In this document: in pieces, positions 18,501 to 27,190 of the stretch | How the letters are laid out: each line of letters begins with the position of its first letter | Position numbering within the stretch: the stretch's first letter is position 1 | NCBI GenBank assembly: GCA_038046365.1 | Contig: JBBSWF010000063.1 | Span: 1-45,795, forward strand | Reading direction: 5' to 3' | Length of the DNA stretch: 45,795 bases | DNA from: Nanobdellota archaeon | GTDB lineage: Archaea; Nanobdellota; Nanobdellia; Woesearchaeales; JAGWAF01 | Made by a program: the position numbers and the translations under genes | The notes under the pieces: model-generated | What the model saw: the letters and a program-made list of their open reading frames with translations, nothing else | Database searches by the model: none | What the model was told of the DNA's origin: nothing

Positions 18501-18525
18501 CTGATTTTTTGTTAAAGCGAGGCAT
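15502..18525 (-). CDS. hsdR: Type I restriction endonuclease subunit R
   Basis: DIFLYVNGIPLVDIECK nuclease motif, WHWQGSGKT, DEGHR, FTGTP, DMLLTGFDAP and QAIARTNR. Confidence 0.97.
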   Translation of the reverse strand: MPRFNKKSVVEDYITEQLQSKGWTFIPGNALDRDNFEEPLLIRNLIRQVKAINPIDLSDEDIKNLLNELRFKPSTQEGIKQILLYLKEGISIKIEKDKTLKRIRLFDYDNVQNNEFIVTRQAVYTRGNKQIRTDIFLYVNGIPLVDIECKNPASFSENWYDAFKQIKSYEQDIPELYKYVQIGVAAEQIAKYFPIVSWNENVKIDEWKSEKLDSIDSVIQLFIPETLLDVINNFVYVRVQFGEATKVLPRYMQYRAVGKVVQRVINNIEGKEEKNKGLVWHWQGSGKTLEMIFAANKLYRSEAMANPTIFLIIDRQDLEEQLYDEFNALDMTLPELIGSVSGMRKVLQHDQGRGKRGIFITLIHKFRAEELHVLQKELEKISTDKETILTRKNVVAFVDEGHRTQYGTLAAQMRAILKNTFFFAFTGTPISKPKKGVDTYDVFSYPPEEKYLDKYFITDSINDGFTVKIAYQPRLEREVHLNKEMLDTFLEVEYEEIPEDAREVVKEDVKKKISLLKAYLENPQRIAKVAKDIAEHFKENVDGKFKAMVVAVNRESCVLYKKELDKYLPEEYSDIVFSYGARDEPDRIAMYVKEETAQYGKEYEDIRKDVIEKFKEEDSPKIIIVTDMLLTGFDAPVLQTMYLDKPLKEHKLLQAIARTNRPYKDVKEAGLILDYIGILKEFRRAFEIYSKEEINGALFSIEEIRKDFVKLMNQILDIFKEVPKSQYDRKTLLKAMEILTSNEEKSRAFIEDYKHMTKIFELLGPDTIKAELFSEYQWISAIYTYYTRLVLRSQPKDNRYLEQYFKKTIKYIHKTTELEEIQKSLPIIEFDEDYFRKLEQHVKNKEEKAANIVFTLNRFVLVDKFKNPVSESLSEKVQRLLYLWKEKTKDYEKIYQEGVKVIKEFMQLSQRQKELKLSKLDYSLLLVLEDKFGEDVELIEDIRELSISLNELLFAGWISQPTAQKEVEKTVRIFIRRYLKRHSLRIDDLNVLFDKLMDRVKAYAKED

Positions 18526-19054
18526 TTTTTATCATCCTTTGTTTTTTATGATATTCTAGCCAGTGATTGTACATATCACCATGTTCTTTGCTTTTCCTTG
18601 ATGTTACAAAACCGAATACATGTTCTAGATAATCCCTGTCCATTTTGAAATTCGCTTTGTCTTTTAATCCTAAATGTTCTATTATCTCTTTATCTGATGA
18701 ACCACCATCTCTCAGTTCTCTCGCTATCTTCATAATATCGTTTTGATTATATTTTGAATGTTTGTATAGATCAACCACTCCAGTTATCTCACAGCCCATA
18801 CCTGAGTGTTTTATCAGATTGCACATTTGGCAAATTACTTGAAAGTTCTCATCGCTGTTATTCTCTGGGTCGCCATCAATGTGATCGACAATTTGGTATT
18901 TTTCTAAGCGAAATTCACAGTAAGCGCAAGTGTAGTTATCTCTATTAAGGAATTTTAATCTCATTTTCTGCCATGCTTCTCCTTTAAGGTTCAGAGCTTG
19001 CAGGGGGTTTCTCCATTTTGCAGATGGAGCGAAGGATAAAATGAGTGGTTTCAT
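18512..19054 (-). CDS. HNH endonuclease
   Basis: RDNYTCAYC..VDHIDGDPENNSDENFQVICQMCN. Confidence 0.88.
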   Translation of the reverse strand: MKPLILSFAPSAKWRNPLQALNLKGEAWQKMRLKFLNRDNYTCAYCEFRLEKYQIVDHIDGDPENNSDENFQVICQMCNLIKHSGMGCEITGVVDLYKHSKYNQNDIMKIARELRDGGSSDKEIIEHLGLKDKANFKMDRDYLEHVFGFVTSRKSKEHGDMYNHWLEYHKKQRMIKNASL

Positions 19055-19548
19055 TGTTTTCCTCCGGTTCTCAGTTCCTCATATATATCTTCCAAAGTGT
19101 CCTTATGACCCCACCCTTCACAACTTCGCTCAATAATGGAGTCAAGTCTTGATTTAAACTCAGGTATCAATTTCTCATTATCATTCAGGATTTTAACAAT
19201 CTGTTCAAACATGGATTCCATACTTGAATAAAACGATTCATACATGTCGCCGTATTTTTCTCCAATTTTAACTCCAATCTCAACATAGAATGTCATCAAC
19301 TCCAAAAGGTGCTCTGGCTGTTTTGATATTCTCTTAAAATCAGAAATGACTTTTCTTGCCTCACGAAGATTTATTCTTTCGTTCCAAAGGATATTTCTTA
19401 ATTTTTTCTTATAATACGCGATTGCATCTTCTGGGTTTTTCTCAAGTTTAAGCCTCAAAAAGTCTGCGTTTTCTTTGTTTAGGCTGGATAGCTCAAGCAG
19501 AAGTGAATACAATTCTTCTTTTCCGAGTTTTTTGAGCGTTTGGTTCAT
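19051..19548 (-). CDS. Conserved helical hypothetical protein (DUF6155-like)
   Basis: LREARKVISDFKR..LELMTFYVE..YGDMYESFYSSMESMF..GWGH; family recalled from memory. Confidence 0.6.
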   Translation of the reverse strand: MNQTLKKLGKEELYSLLLELSSLNKENADFLRLKLEKNPEDAIAYYKKKLRNILWNERINLREARKVISDFKRISKQPEHLLELMTFYVEIGVKIGEKYGDMYESFYSSMESMFEQIVKILNDNEKLIPEFKSRLDSIIERSCEGWGHKDTLEDIYEELRTGGKQ

Positions 19549-19581
19549 TTTCCTTTTAATCGTGCGATCTTTTCGTACACT

Positions 19582-20424
19582 TCATTCCAGTTTCCTTTTG
19601 GGTTTATCTGCAAGCGTTTTCTCATCCTTTTTTACCTTTCTTTCAAGTTTCTTGAGGTCTTCTTCTGCAGGAAGCTCTTCTGGTTTTATTCCTCTTTGCA
19701 CAAGGAGATTTCGTACATCTGTATTATTTCTTATATGCTCATTTGTGATATTGCTTTCCCCTTGCAAGTCATCTCTTTTTACATTAAAATTAGTTATTTC
19801 AGTGGCAAGATTCTTAGCTGTTATAGTTATTGTTGGTAGGAAGTCTGCCATCGCCCTGTTTTTTGGGATGCTCAGTTTAGTTTTCATTTGCAGGGTTGTT
19901 TTACCACCGAATAGGGCTGCATCTCCCTTACTTCTTATTCTGGCAAATCCGTCATCATCAACACCTCGCTCATAAATAAGTTTAGATAACTCAGTTTCGG
20001 ATGCTGTTAACTTTTTGCGAGCTTCCAATCTTTCTATTAGGGCTATGCGTTCTTCTATTAGTTCTTGCTTTCGTGTCTGGACAGCAAAATAGCTTTGGGC
20101 AAATGCGATTTCCTCTTTTCTTGGGTCTCCATTCTGTGCGATAAGGTAGCAAGCATATCTGGTAAGCATGAAATCCTCAATTTCCCGCTCTGCTCCAGAT
20201 CCTAAATCGACCTTTTTCCCGACCTCGGGAAAATGGTCTGCTACCGAATATCCTGAGTTTTTACAGGCTTCTTTTGCTCTTTGGATAACCTTAACAAAGT
20301 TCTCCCATTTAGAATAACCTAGTAAACCTTGTAAATCCCTTGCAAGCCAGAACTCAATACCTTCTTTTTCATAGGCATAATCTTCAAAAGACTTCCTCAA
20401 TATGGATATGATTTCTTTTTTCAT
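19582..20424 (-). CDS. dinD: DNA damage-inducible protein D
   Basis: FWLARDLQGLLGYSKWENF, LTRYACYLIAQNGDPRKEEIAFAQSYFAVQTRKQE and IRSKGDAALFGG. Confidence 0.92.
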   Translation of the reverse strand: MKKEIISILRKSFEDYAYEKEGIEFWLARDLQGLLGYSKWENFVKVIQRAKEACKNSGYSVADHFPEVGKKVDLGSGAEREIEDFMLTRYACYLIAQNGDPRKEEIAFAQSYFAVQTRKQELIEERIALIERLEARKKLTASETELSKLIYERGVDDDGFARIRSKGDAALFGGKTTLQMKTKLSIPKNRAMADFLPTITITAKNLATEITNFNVKRDDLQGESNITNEHIRNNTDVRNLLVQRGIKPEELPAEEDLKKLERKVKKDEKTLADKPKRKLE

Positions 20425-20768
20425 GTAAGTGCCCCCATAACATTATGTAAACACTTACATAGGCCATTTATCTGCACAAGCATTTTCAAACCGTGACGAT
20501 TTGTAACGGTTTCAGATTGAACCTTTTTGTTGATGCCAGCAAAATGGTCAGGGAGCTCAGCAGACACTGCCAACTGTACGATTTTATCGTACAGTTCAAA
20601 TCCTTCTGCTGAAAGCTTAGTTTTCAGATCAGACCAGTACCTTTTAGGGATTGTACTGGTTTCTAAGGCATTGATTACATCGACAACAGAGAAATACCAC
20701 TCATTTTCGTGCCAAACTCTCCTTATTTTCTTGTCTTGGAAGACAACCAAAGCATTGTGATCAGTCAT
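20421..20768 (-). pseudogene. Truncated or mosaic Bro-N domain gene
   Basis: IRRVWHENEWYFSVVDVI..YWSDLK Bro-N start, followed by a scrambled C-terminus containing DinD-like DHFAGINKKV and Bro-like ETVTNRHGLKM. Confidence 0.65.
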
Positions 20769-21259
20769 TTTGTTTCCTCCGCCTGTAATTGATAGCCTTT
20801 AATTTTGAATAAATTATTCTTTTTTAACCATGAGATGACTGTATTTAATGGATTATTCCAATGATTTTCAAAATAGGGATGTGCCACAGAGGTTTCTTTA
20901 TTATTCATAAGAATGCTATTATTTGGTTTATTTTTCTGCGTTCTTTTTTTGTAGAACAGAAGACCGTGCGCCCAAGAGTTTCTATCAGGGTTCAATTGAT
21001 TTAGCGCTTGAACGAACTCATAGAAGTTTTTAGTGTCATTAAGCCTGTTTTCTGTTAATTTTTGTATAAACAAATCCTTCATTTGTCCGTATGTTTTTCT
21101 GCTTTTTGTTTCACCACAATATTGTTTCATGATGAGCTCTATAATCGACATACAATGGATAATTCTGCCCCTTAACTCATGAACTTTCTTTAAGTCTAGG
21201 ACATCTTTTTCTGACTCTCTGCCAGATTTCCCCTTAAGTATTAAGATTTCAGTTACCAT
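20765..21259 (-). CDS. Putative HEPN-domain protein
   Basis: Helical protein with RNSWAH (Rx4H) and an N-terminal IIE helix. Confidence 0.5.
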   Translation of the reverse strand: MVTEILILKGKSGRESEKDVLDLKKVHELRGRIIHCMSIIELIMKQYCGETKSRKTYGQMKDLFIQKLTENRLNDTKNFYEFVQALNQLNPDRNSWAHGLLFYKKRTQKNKPNNSILMNNKETSVAHPYFENHWNNPLNTVISWLKKNNLFKIKGYQLQAEETK

Positions 21260-21263
21260 TTAT

Positions 21264-22478
21264 TTATGTCACCTTCACTCTTTTCTTGCCTGTCAAAAGA
21301 TCATTCATCAGGCTTTTCTTTATTTTTTCAAGTTTTGATTTTTTGGATTGTTGGAGTGAGAGTTTTTTGTCTACTGTTGAAAGGATATCTGCGACCCGTC
21401 TTTGCTCAGAGAGAGGCGGGAGGGCTATTTCATAATCTTCTATAAACTTTATCGGAACTCTTTTTTGACCAGCACTCCCAACCATGCTTTGCTCTCCTTT
21501 TTTTCTAAATCTTGAAGAACTAATCACATAGAATATCCATTCTGGGAGAACCTTTTCTCCTGATCGTAGAACATGGAATTCTGTTGTTCCGAATCCTATT
21601 TGATGCTTAAGCTCCTTAGCTAATGCTCTTTTTCCATTCTCAAAGCATGGTGTAATTTTAGCTATGAGAACATCTCCTTCTCTGAAGTAAGTAAATCCTT
21701 TATTGGCATTCTTCAACAACTTTGCTTGTTTAGATATAATAATTCCATCTTCCGAAATAGAAGCCATGGGGAGAAAAGAAACTTCTGAATTTTCATCTAA
21801 ATGAGATATTTCTTTCTTAGATGGATTGATAATACAAACATCTTTCATTCTCACAAGAGGCCACTTCTTCCCATCGAACAGCTCCTTCATGAGGGCCACC
21901 TTGAGCCGTTCGACTCGCTGACTCTCTCTCTCTACGATGTCAAGACGGGCGTCGACTGTTGAGAGGACTTCTGCTATTGAGGTTTGTTCATTGATAGGGG
22001 GAAGTTGAATCTCTAAATTGTCAACAAGAAATTTGCTTAAATTCGGTTGTCCTGTTCCTTGAGTAGAGTTTACGAGTTTATTTGTTTTTGACGATAACAA
22101 ATAATACATGAATCTATAATTGAATTTACCTTTATTGTTAGGTATAGCGAGAACAGCTTGATTTGCAGTTCCTTTTACTCTGAGGATGCCGACTTTACCA
22201 GCAGTTGCTCCATACATTGCAACTAATACCGTATTTTCTGGGATCTGTTTTGCACTGCTATTTTTTAGTCCAGACTCAGTTATTTTCTCTTCCGTATCAA
22301 ATATTTCCCCCAAATTCACTTCACCAGATTTAACCCATCGAATATTGCCTCCATAATACTCTTTATTTGATCTTAAAGGAGTACCTCCAGCATAAGTGTC
22401 TGAAACTTCTCCTAACTTGATAACATCCCATTCTTTAGGAATCAATCCTATTTCAGTTTGTTTTAGTTTTTGCTTCAT
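21264..22478 (-). CDS. hsdS: Type I restriction-modification specificity subunit S
   Basis: Two TRDs (GGTP..WVKSGE; AKITPCFENGK) with LPPINEQ/LPPLSEQ conserved regions and LMNDLLTGK end. Confidence 0.96.
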   Translation of the reverse strand: MKQKLKQTEIGLIPKEWDVIKLGEVSDTYAGGTPLRSNKEYYGGNIRWVKSGEVNLGEIFDTEEKITESGLKNSSAKQIPENTVLVAMYGATAGKVGILRVKGTANQAVLAIPNNKGKFNYRFMYYLLSSKTNKLVNSTQGTGQPNLSKFLVDNLEIQLPPINEQTSIAEVLSTVDARLDIVERESQRVERLKVALMKELFDGKKWPLVRMKDVCIINPSKKEISHLDENSEVSFLPMASISEDGIIISKQAKLLKNANKGFTYFREGDVLIAKITPCFENGKRALAKELKHQIGFGTTEFHVLRSGEKVLPEWIFYVISSSRFRKKGEQSMVGSAGQKRVPIKFIEDYEIALPPLSEQRRVADILSTVDKKLSLQQSKKSKLEKIKKSLMNDLLTGKKRVKVT

Positions 22479-23323
22479 TTTACACTCGGTAAACGTAAAA
22501 TTTTGAGATTATCAGAGAAAATCATTAGTTCATTGCCTTGTTTCTGTTTTCCTGCACTATATGGCAATGGATAACGGCGTTTTTTACTGTTATCGTATAA
22601 CTTTCTAATTAAGTTCGCATCATCATAAGTAATTATCCATTTTTGTTTCTTATTTTTAATAATCTCTTTAGCTATATTTTGGTGGTCTACATCCCTATAA
22701 TAGTTCATATACAATTCCTTTCCTTTGTTATAGTATGGGGGATCAAGATAAATCAGTGTATTTTTAGGCAATCGTACTCTAAGTTTTCTTATTAACTCTA
22801 CAGCATCCACATTGAATAATTCTATTTTGTCTTTGTATTGAGAAATTTTCTTAATACGTTCAATTAATTCTTCTTTCTTATATCTTGCACTAATAGTCCA
22901 CTTTCCTTGTTGTTTTTTTCCCCCTATCACTCCAGCATTTATTATTCCAGATCGGTTTGTCCTATTTAAGAAAAATGTAGAAAATCCTAATTCTAAAAGA
23001 GGGACGTCTTCTTTTTTTCTTTGTATCTTCTTTTGCTCTTCCCAAACATTCAAATTAACCGGAGTTATTTCAATTAACCGACATAGTTCATCAGCATGAT
23101 TTAATACAGTATACCAAAAAGCATAGATGGATCTGTCTTTATCATTAATGATTACTTTTGACGCATATCCTTCAAGTAGAAGTGATAATGCAATTGAAGC
23201 CCCTCCAACATAAGGCTCAACATATATTGCTCCCTGAAGAGAGTTTTTTTTAAACAATTCCTTGAAGTAATTGGCCAGTTTCCCTTTTCCACCAGGATAT
23301 CTTAAAGGAGAGTAGAACGTCAT
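22475..23323 (-). CDS. DNA adenine methyltransferase (Dam/D12 class)
   Basis: SPLRYPGGK, YVEPYVGGAS and YLDPPYY. Confidence 0.95.
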   Translation of the reverse strand: MTFYSPLRYPGGKGKLANYFKELFKKNSLQGAIYVEPYVGGASIALSLLLEGYASKVIINDKDRSIYAFWYTVLNHADELCRLIEITPVNLNVWEEQKKIQRKKEDVPLLELGFSTFFLNRTNRSGIINAGVIGGKKQQGKWTISARYKKEELIERIKKISQYKDKIELFNVDAVELIRKLRVRLPKNTLIYLDPPYYNKGKELYMNYYRDVDHQNIAKEIIKNKKQKWIITYDDANLIRKLYDNSKKRRYPLPYSAGKQKQGNELMIFSDNLKILRLPSVK

Positions 23324-24600
23324 TTGTTTTTCCTTCCATGAGTTATTTCTAACATTTTTCCTACAATAACAGACATTGCAAGTGTCTGCTCGATATTGGA
23401 AGATGAAGAGTAACTATGGCCGCCTGTATGCAGCAAACTGAGAAGTTTAGTATCAGTATTGATCTCTTGTGTACTTAGATTTGTTTTCTGATCTTGACTT
23501 AATTTATTTTTGGCGTTTAAAAAATTTGATTTGATATAATTGTCAATCGACTCTTTGTTTTTCCCATCGGTTGCAGATTCCACCAATAATCTTAATGCCA
23601 TTCTGATTAGGTTCGGAAAGGTATTGGAGAGTTTCTCTTTGTTCCTTTCAAAGTACTGATGTAGATCTCCGACATCTCTATATAGATCATTAGTTACTCC
23701 ATCTTTCAAAGATAGTGCCCCTCCAAAAAGCAATTCTTTCATCTTATTTTGGCGTTGTGTTCTTTTAATTTGAGAGGCAGAACTTTCTTTTACGTAAGTT
23801 ACTCTTCTGGAATTATCGTCTTTGTATGGTTTTATCTTATCTTTAAGTTCAGAGATGCTTGTTAAAGGAGTTTTAATATCATACTTGTTGTCTCCTCTAG
23901 AACTAATTGTCCCCTTTACTTTTAAATTGGCTAAATTATCTAAAATACTCTTTGCTGTATTTTCATCGTAAACTGACAAGAAATTACCATTTTTGTCAAA
24001 TAAGAATCCGATTTCTTTTAGCTTATTCTCAGTTAAAATGTTATTTTTCATTATGTTCTCATTTAGCTCAGGATGTTGACTAATCAATCCTGTTGCTTCT
24101 TCAAATTTCAAGAACAAGCTCTTTTCTTTTCCTCTGAAATTATGTTCGAAATAGTCTCTTTCAAGTTGTTTCCAAGTTCCATTACTCACATGCTTTCTCT
24201 CTATGTTTATCAAAGCAGTACTTTTGTCACAAATATTGCAAGGTATTTTTGATAATCCTTTCAAGTGAGGGGGCTCCTTAGAGGGAAATAACTTCCCTTC
24301 AATTTGGTGTGCCCAGTCTTGGTTTTGTAAGTATTTCAGAATGGCAATTCTTCTGTTTCCATCGTAAACAATGTATTTATTGTTTTCAAGAACCACAGTG
24401 GGTAATTCACTAAAATCATAATGAGTTCCCATTGTCTCTATAAACTTAGAAATGTTCCATTTTTTTGAGTCGTCCTTAATAGCTCGTTTTATTATTTCCA
24501 AATCTCCAATATCTGACTCAATGGGATCTCTTGGATTTTCACTCCATAAATGAAGTTCAGAAACTTCAATTTCTTTAATTTCTTGTTTTGGTTCTTTCAT
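23320..24600 (-). CDS. ParB/Srx-like N-terminal domain protein coupled to the Dam methylase
   Basis: LWSENPR and YIVYDGNRRIAILK ParB-like motifs; helical C-terminus (RMALRLLVE..LHTGGH); ATGA overlaps with hsdM and the MTase. Confidence 0.7.
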   Translation of the reverse strand: MKEPKQEIKEIEVSELHLWSENPRDPIESDIGDLEIIKRAIKDDSKKWNISKFIETMGTHYDFSELPTVVLENNKYIVYDGNRRIAILKYLQNQDWAHQIEGKLFPSKEPPHLKGLSKIPCNICDKSTALINIERKHVSNGTWKQLERDYFEHNFRGKEKSLFLKFEEATGLISQHPELNENIMKNNILTENKLKEIGFLFDKNGNFLSVYDENTAKSILDNLANLKVKGTISSRGDNKYDIKTPLTSISELKDKIKPYKDDNSRRVTYVKESSASQIKRTQRQNKMKELLFGGALSLKDGVTNDLYRDVGDLHQYFERNKEKLSNTFPNLIRMALRLLVESATDGKNKESIDNYIKSNFLNAKNKLSQDQKTNLSTQEINTDTKLLSLLHTGGHSYSSSSNIEQTLAMSVIVGKMLEITHGRKNK

Positions 24601-26363
24601 TTTATCTCCTTCAAGTATCCTTCAATCTTCTTGTCGACTTCAATTTCCTCTTTCTCGATCGCTTTCAAATCAGCCCATTCTTTCATCACATCGATTACTT
24701 CTGTTTTCTCTTCAGGGTAAACATAAAGAGAAACGTTTAGGTTGTAGTCGTTCTTGCGTATCTCATCAAGAGGAACCATGCGAGAAAAGCCCTCTTTCTC
24801 CTTCCAGCCTTTGTATGTATCAACTAATTTCTTAATATTAGACGTAGAAAGCCAGTTTAGCTTTCGTACGTCAGGATGCTGTTCGTATTCTGAGGAAGCA
24901 TTAATGAAGAGAACGCCATTCTTATGCTTCTTGTTCTTATTGAAAATGATAATTGCTCCGGGAGCCCCTGTGTTGTAAAACAGTTTCTCAGGCAGCAATA
25001 TCACAGACTCAATTAAATCTCCTTTAAGGCGAGCATCTCCATCAATAGCCAGCATTCTGATGGCGCGTTCCTTGCCGCCTCTAAACAAGCAACCGTTGTC
25101 AATGACAATGCCTACTTTTCCTTTGGAAGAGGCAAGCATGTGCTGTATCCATGCCCAGTCTGCGGATTGCTTTGGCACAAAACCGTAATTGAAGCGTTGC
25201 TTCCAGAAATCTCCTTTCTTCAAGACAACCTCATCGTAGCCATCCTGATTCCAAGGCGGGTTTGCAATAACATTATCGAACTGCTTAACTCCATCAGATT
25301 CCTTAAATTTAGGATAAAGAAGTGTATCTCCGAAGGCAAGTTTGGCGTTCTTAATATCATGAATGTAGAGATTCATTCGGCCAAATGCCAATGTCTTGTG
25401 GTTGGCTTCCTGTCCGAATAAAAACAATTTGTCAGCTTCTTTTTTTCCTTTCATCTGCTCAACATGTTTATACGAAATAATGAGCATCCCATTTGAAGCC
25501 GAAGCAGGATCATATACACTCTGGCCTGGCTGAGGGTCTAAAACTTCAACAAGCAACTGGATAACTTCTCGTGGAGTGTAAACCTCGCCTTCCTTAGCTT
25601 TGTCTGGTGCGAAGTAGCGCAAGACCCATTCGTATGCGTCGCCTAAGACATCTGCTGAGACATGATGAAGCTTTCTTTCACTAAAAAGCTCAACAAGCTG
25701 CCTGAGCATTTCTGCATTTTCTCTATTAGTTGTGAACTGGATAAAATCCATATTATCAAGAACATCTTTGAGTTCCTGATTCTTATCCGCCAAGACCTTG
25801 AGCGCTTCAGAGAATTTTTCTGGTAGCTTACTTACTTCCTTTCTGATGTTTTCCCACAGAAAGTCTTCTGGAATAACAAAATCGTGATAGGTCGCATTCT
25901 TTGCCTCTTGCTTTGCCTCTTTTTCATTGAAGCCATCTTTTAATGCTTGCTCGTAAGCGTGCTGATACTCAAGCTCCCACTTATCACTTATTCTCTTGTA
26001 AAATAACAGAACAAGAATAAATTTGTAATCAACACGGGTTCTAATAAGGTCTGCCGCTTTTTTGAGAATGCCTTCAATATCAGAACGTGAGAGGGTTTCA
26101 GCGCTAAAAATACTCTTGATGATGTCATCCTTGCTCTTTAGATGGTAAATGCTTTTACGAGCATCTTTAGGATCAGGAACAACAACTATCCACCCTGCTT
26201 TTCTAAGTTCTGACAGAACAACAGCAACGCCTTGAACCTTGTCTACATCGCCTCGCTGGAGTATTTTTTCAGCATCTTTCATCCTAAATGTTGCTCCCTT
26301 AAACTTGTCCCAGAGGACAGCGTATTTGTTTTCAAGCCAATTTGGGAGCTTTGATTGCGTCAT
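24597..26363 (-). CDS. hsdM: Type I RM methyltransferase subunit M with N-terminal winged-helix extension
   Basis: GEVYTPREV, VYDPASASNG and ANPPWN; first ~80 aa LSELRKAGWI..DPKDARKSIY are MarR-like wHTH. Confidence 0.96.
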   Translation of the reverse strand: MTQSKLPNWLENKYAVLWDKFKGATFRMKDAEKILQRGDVDKVQGVAVVLSELRKAGWIVVVPDPKDARKSIYHLKSKDDIIKSIFSAETLSRSDIEGILKKAADLIRTRVDYKFILVLLFYKRISDKWELEYQHAYEQALKDGFNEKEAKQEAKNATYHDFVIPEDFLWENIRKEVSKLPEKFSEALKVLADKNQELKDVLDNMDFIQFTTNRENAEMLRQLVELFSERKLHHVSADVLGDAYEWVLRYFAPDKAKEGEVYTPREVIQLLVEVLDPQPGQSVYDPASASNGMLIISYKHVEQMKGKKEADKLFLFGQEANHKTLAFGRMNLYIHDIKNAKLAFGDTLLYPKFKESDGVKQFDNVIANPPWNQDGYDEVVLKKGDFWKQRFNYGFVPKQSADWAWIQHMLASSKGKVGIVIDNGCLFRGGKERAIRMLAIDGDARLKGDLIESVILLPEKLFYNTGAPGAIIIFNKNKKHKNGVLFINASSEYEQHPDVRKLNWLSTSNIKKLVDTYKGWKEKEGFSRMVPLDEIRKNDYNLNVSLYVYPEEKTEVIDVMKEWADLKAIEKEEIEVDKKIEGYLKEIK

Positions 26364-26406
26364 AGCATTTAGGAGATTTAATCATACTTATAAAGTTATC
26401 GCTTAT

Positions 26407-26438
26407 TAGATAAGTTACAATGAGGGTTAACTTGTCTA
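26407..26438. promoter_or_regulatory. Inverted repeat upstream of the hsdM TATA box, candidate operator
   Basis: TAGATAAGTTA-N10-TAACTTGTCTA (1 mismatch); minus-strand TTTATAAG at about 26387-26394. Confidence 0.5.
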
Positions 26439-26510
26439 TTATCCTTTGCACTTGACAAGAAAGTCAGCTTTGCTGACGAATTTTTAGAGAGTTGTGACTA
26501 ATCCAGGGGG

Positions 26511-27107
26511 TCAGTTCTTTCTGTGATAGGGGGTGTTTGAGGGGGTGGAGTTTTTTACTATGCCTCCGGGGACAGAGACGAATCCCTTAGGTAGAGTGAT
26601 ATTTACCGCGCTGGTCACATTGAATGTCGCTTGTGGTGTGAGGCCGGGCGTGTTGGGTTCGCCGATCCGCAATATCGTAGTGAGCTGGCCTGCGAAGGAT
26701 GTGCTTCGCGTAGCTTGTATAAAAGTTAGATTGACGATGAGTGGATTGTTTTGGTCTCCGATGTCGCTCAGTGGGATGGATATTGTTATGTATCCCTTTC
26801 CAAGCCCTTCTATGGAGTACCGGTTTGACTTGCTTGTTGTGTATGTTCCTCTCACGCGATTGTCTGCCACATCCCCTCCGTTTGATGTGAGCGACGCTGT
26901 GATGAGCAAGTCGCTTCGGTCTGGTGTAGACAGGTTATCGATCTGGTATACTTCAAATATCACCGAATTGTCGTCTCCTTTGAGCAGGGCCGGTTTGTTC
27001 TCTTTTAGTGTCAACCCATAATTGAATGGGAATTGTGAAGATGAGGCCGCCTCTGAGAGGGTTATGAGAAGAAGTAAGAGCATCAACCATCTGTTCGCGA
27101 GGGTCAT
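26511..27107 (-). CDS. Secreted hypothetical protein, beta-rich
   Basis: Class I signal peptide MTLANRWLMLLLLLITLSEAA; TATA-like TTTATA about 25 nt upstream. Confidence 0.65.
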   Translation of the reverse strand: MTLANRWLMLLLLLITLSEAASSSQFPFNYGLTLKENKPALLKGDDNSVIFEVYQIDNLSTPDRSDLLITASLTSNGGDVADNRVRGTYTTSKSNRYSIEGLGKGYITISIPLSDIGDQNNPLIVNLTFIQATRSTSFAGQLTTILRIGEPNTPGLTPQATFNVTSAVNITLPKGFVSVPGGIVKNSTPSNTPYHRKN

Positions 27108-27190
27108 GTCTACGGTTCAGTGCCTAAGGATATAAATGTTGAGGGATGGCGGATTCTCTTGTGAAGTTAGGTTGATCAGTGAAAATGTTC

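Larger units (their letters stand above)
14863..26498. mobile_element. AT-rich defence island bounded by the 9-bp direct repeat AGTTGTGAC
   Basis: AGTTGTGAC at 14863-14871 and 26490-26498 coincides with the visible compositional shift; no integrase inside. Confidence 0.6.

Noticed and set aside
21922-21933. (CT)6 tract in the hsdS central region as a phase-variation switch
   Set aside because: Short, in frame (VERES) and no second hsdS or invertase present; insufficient evidence.
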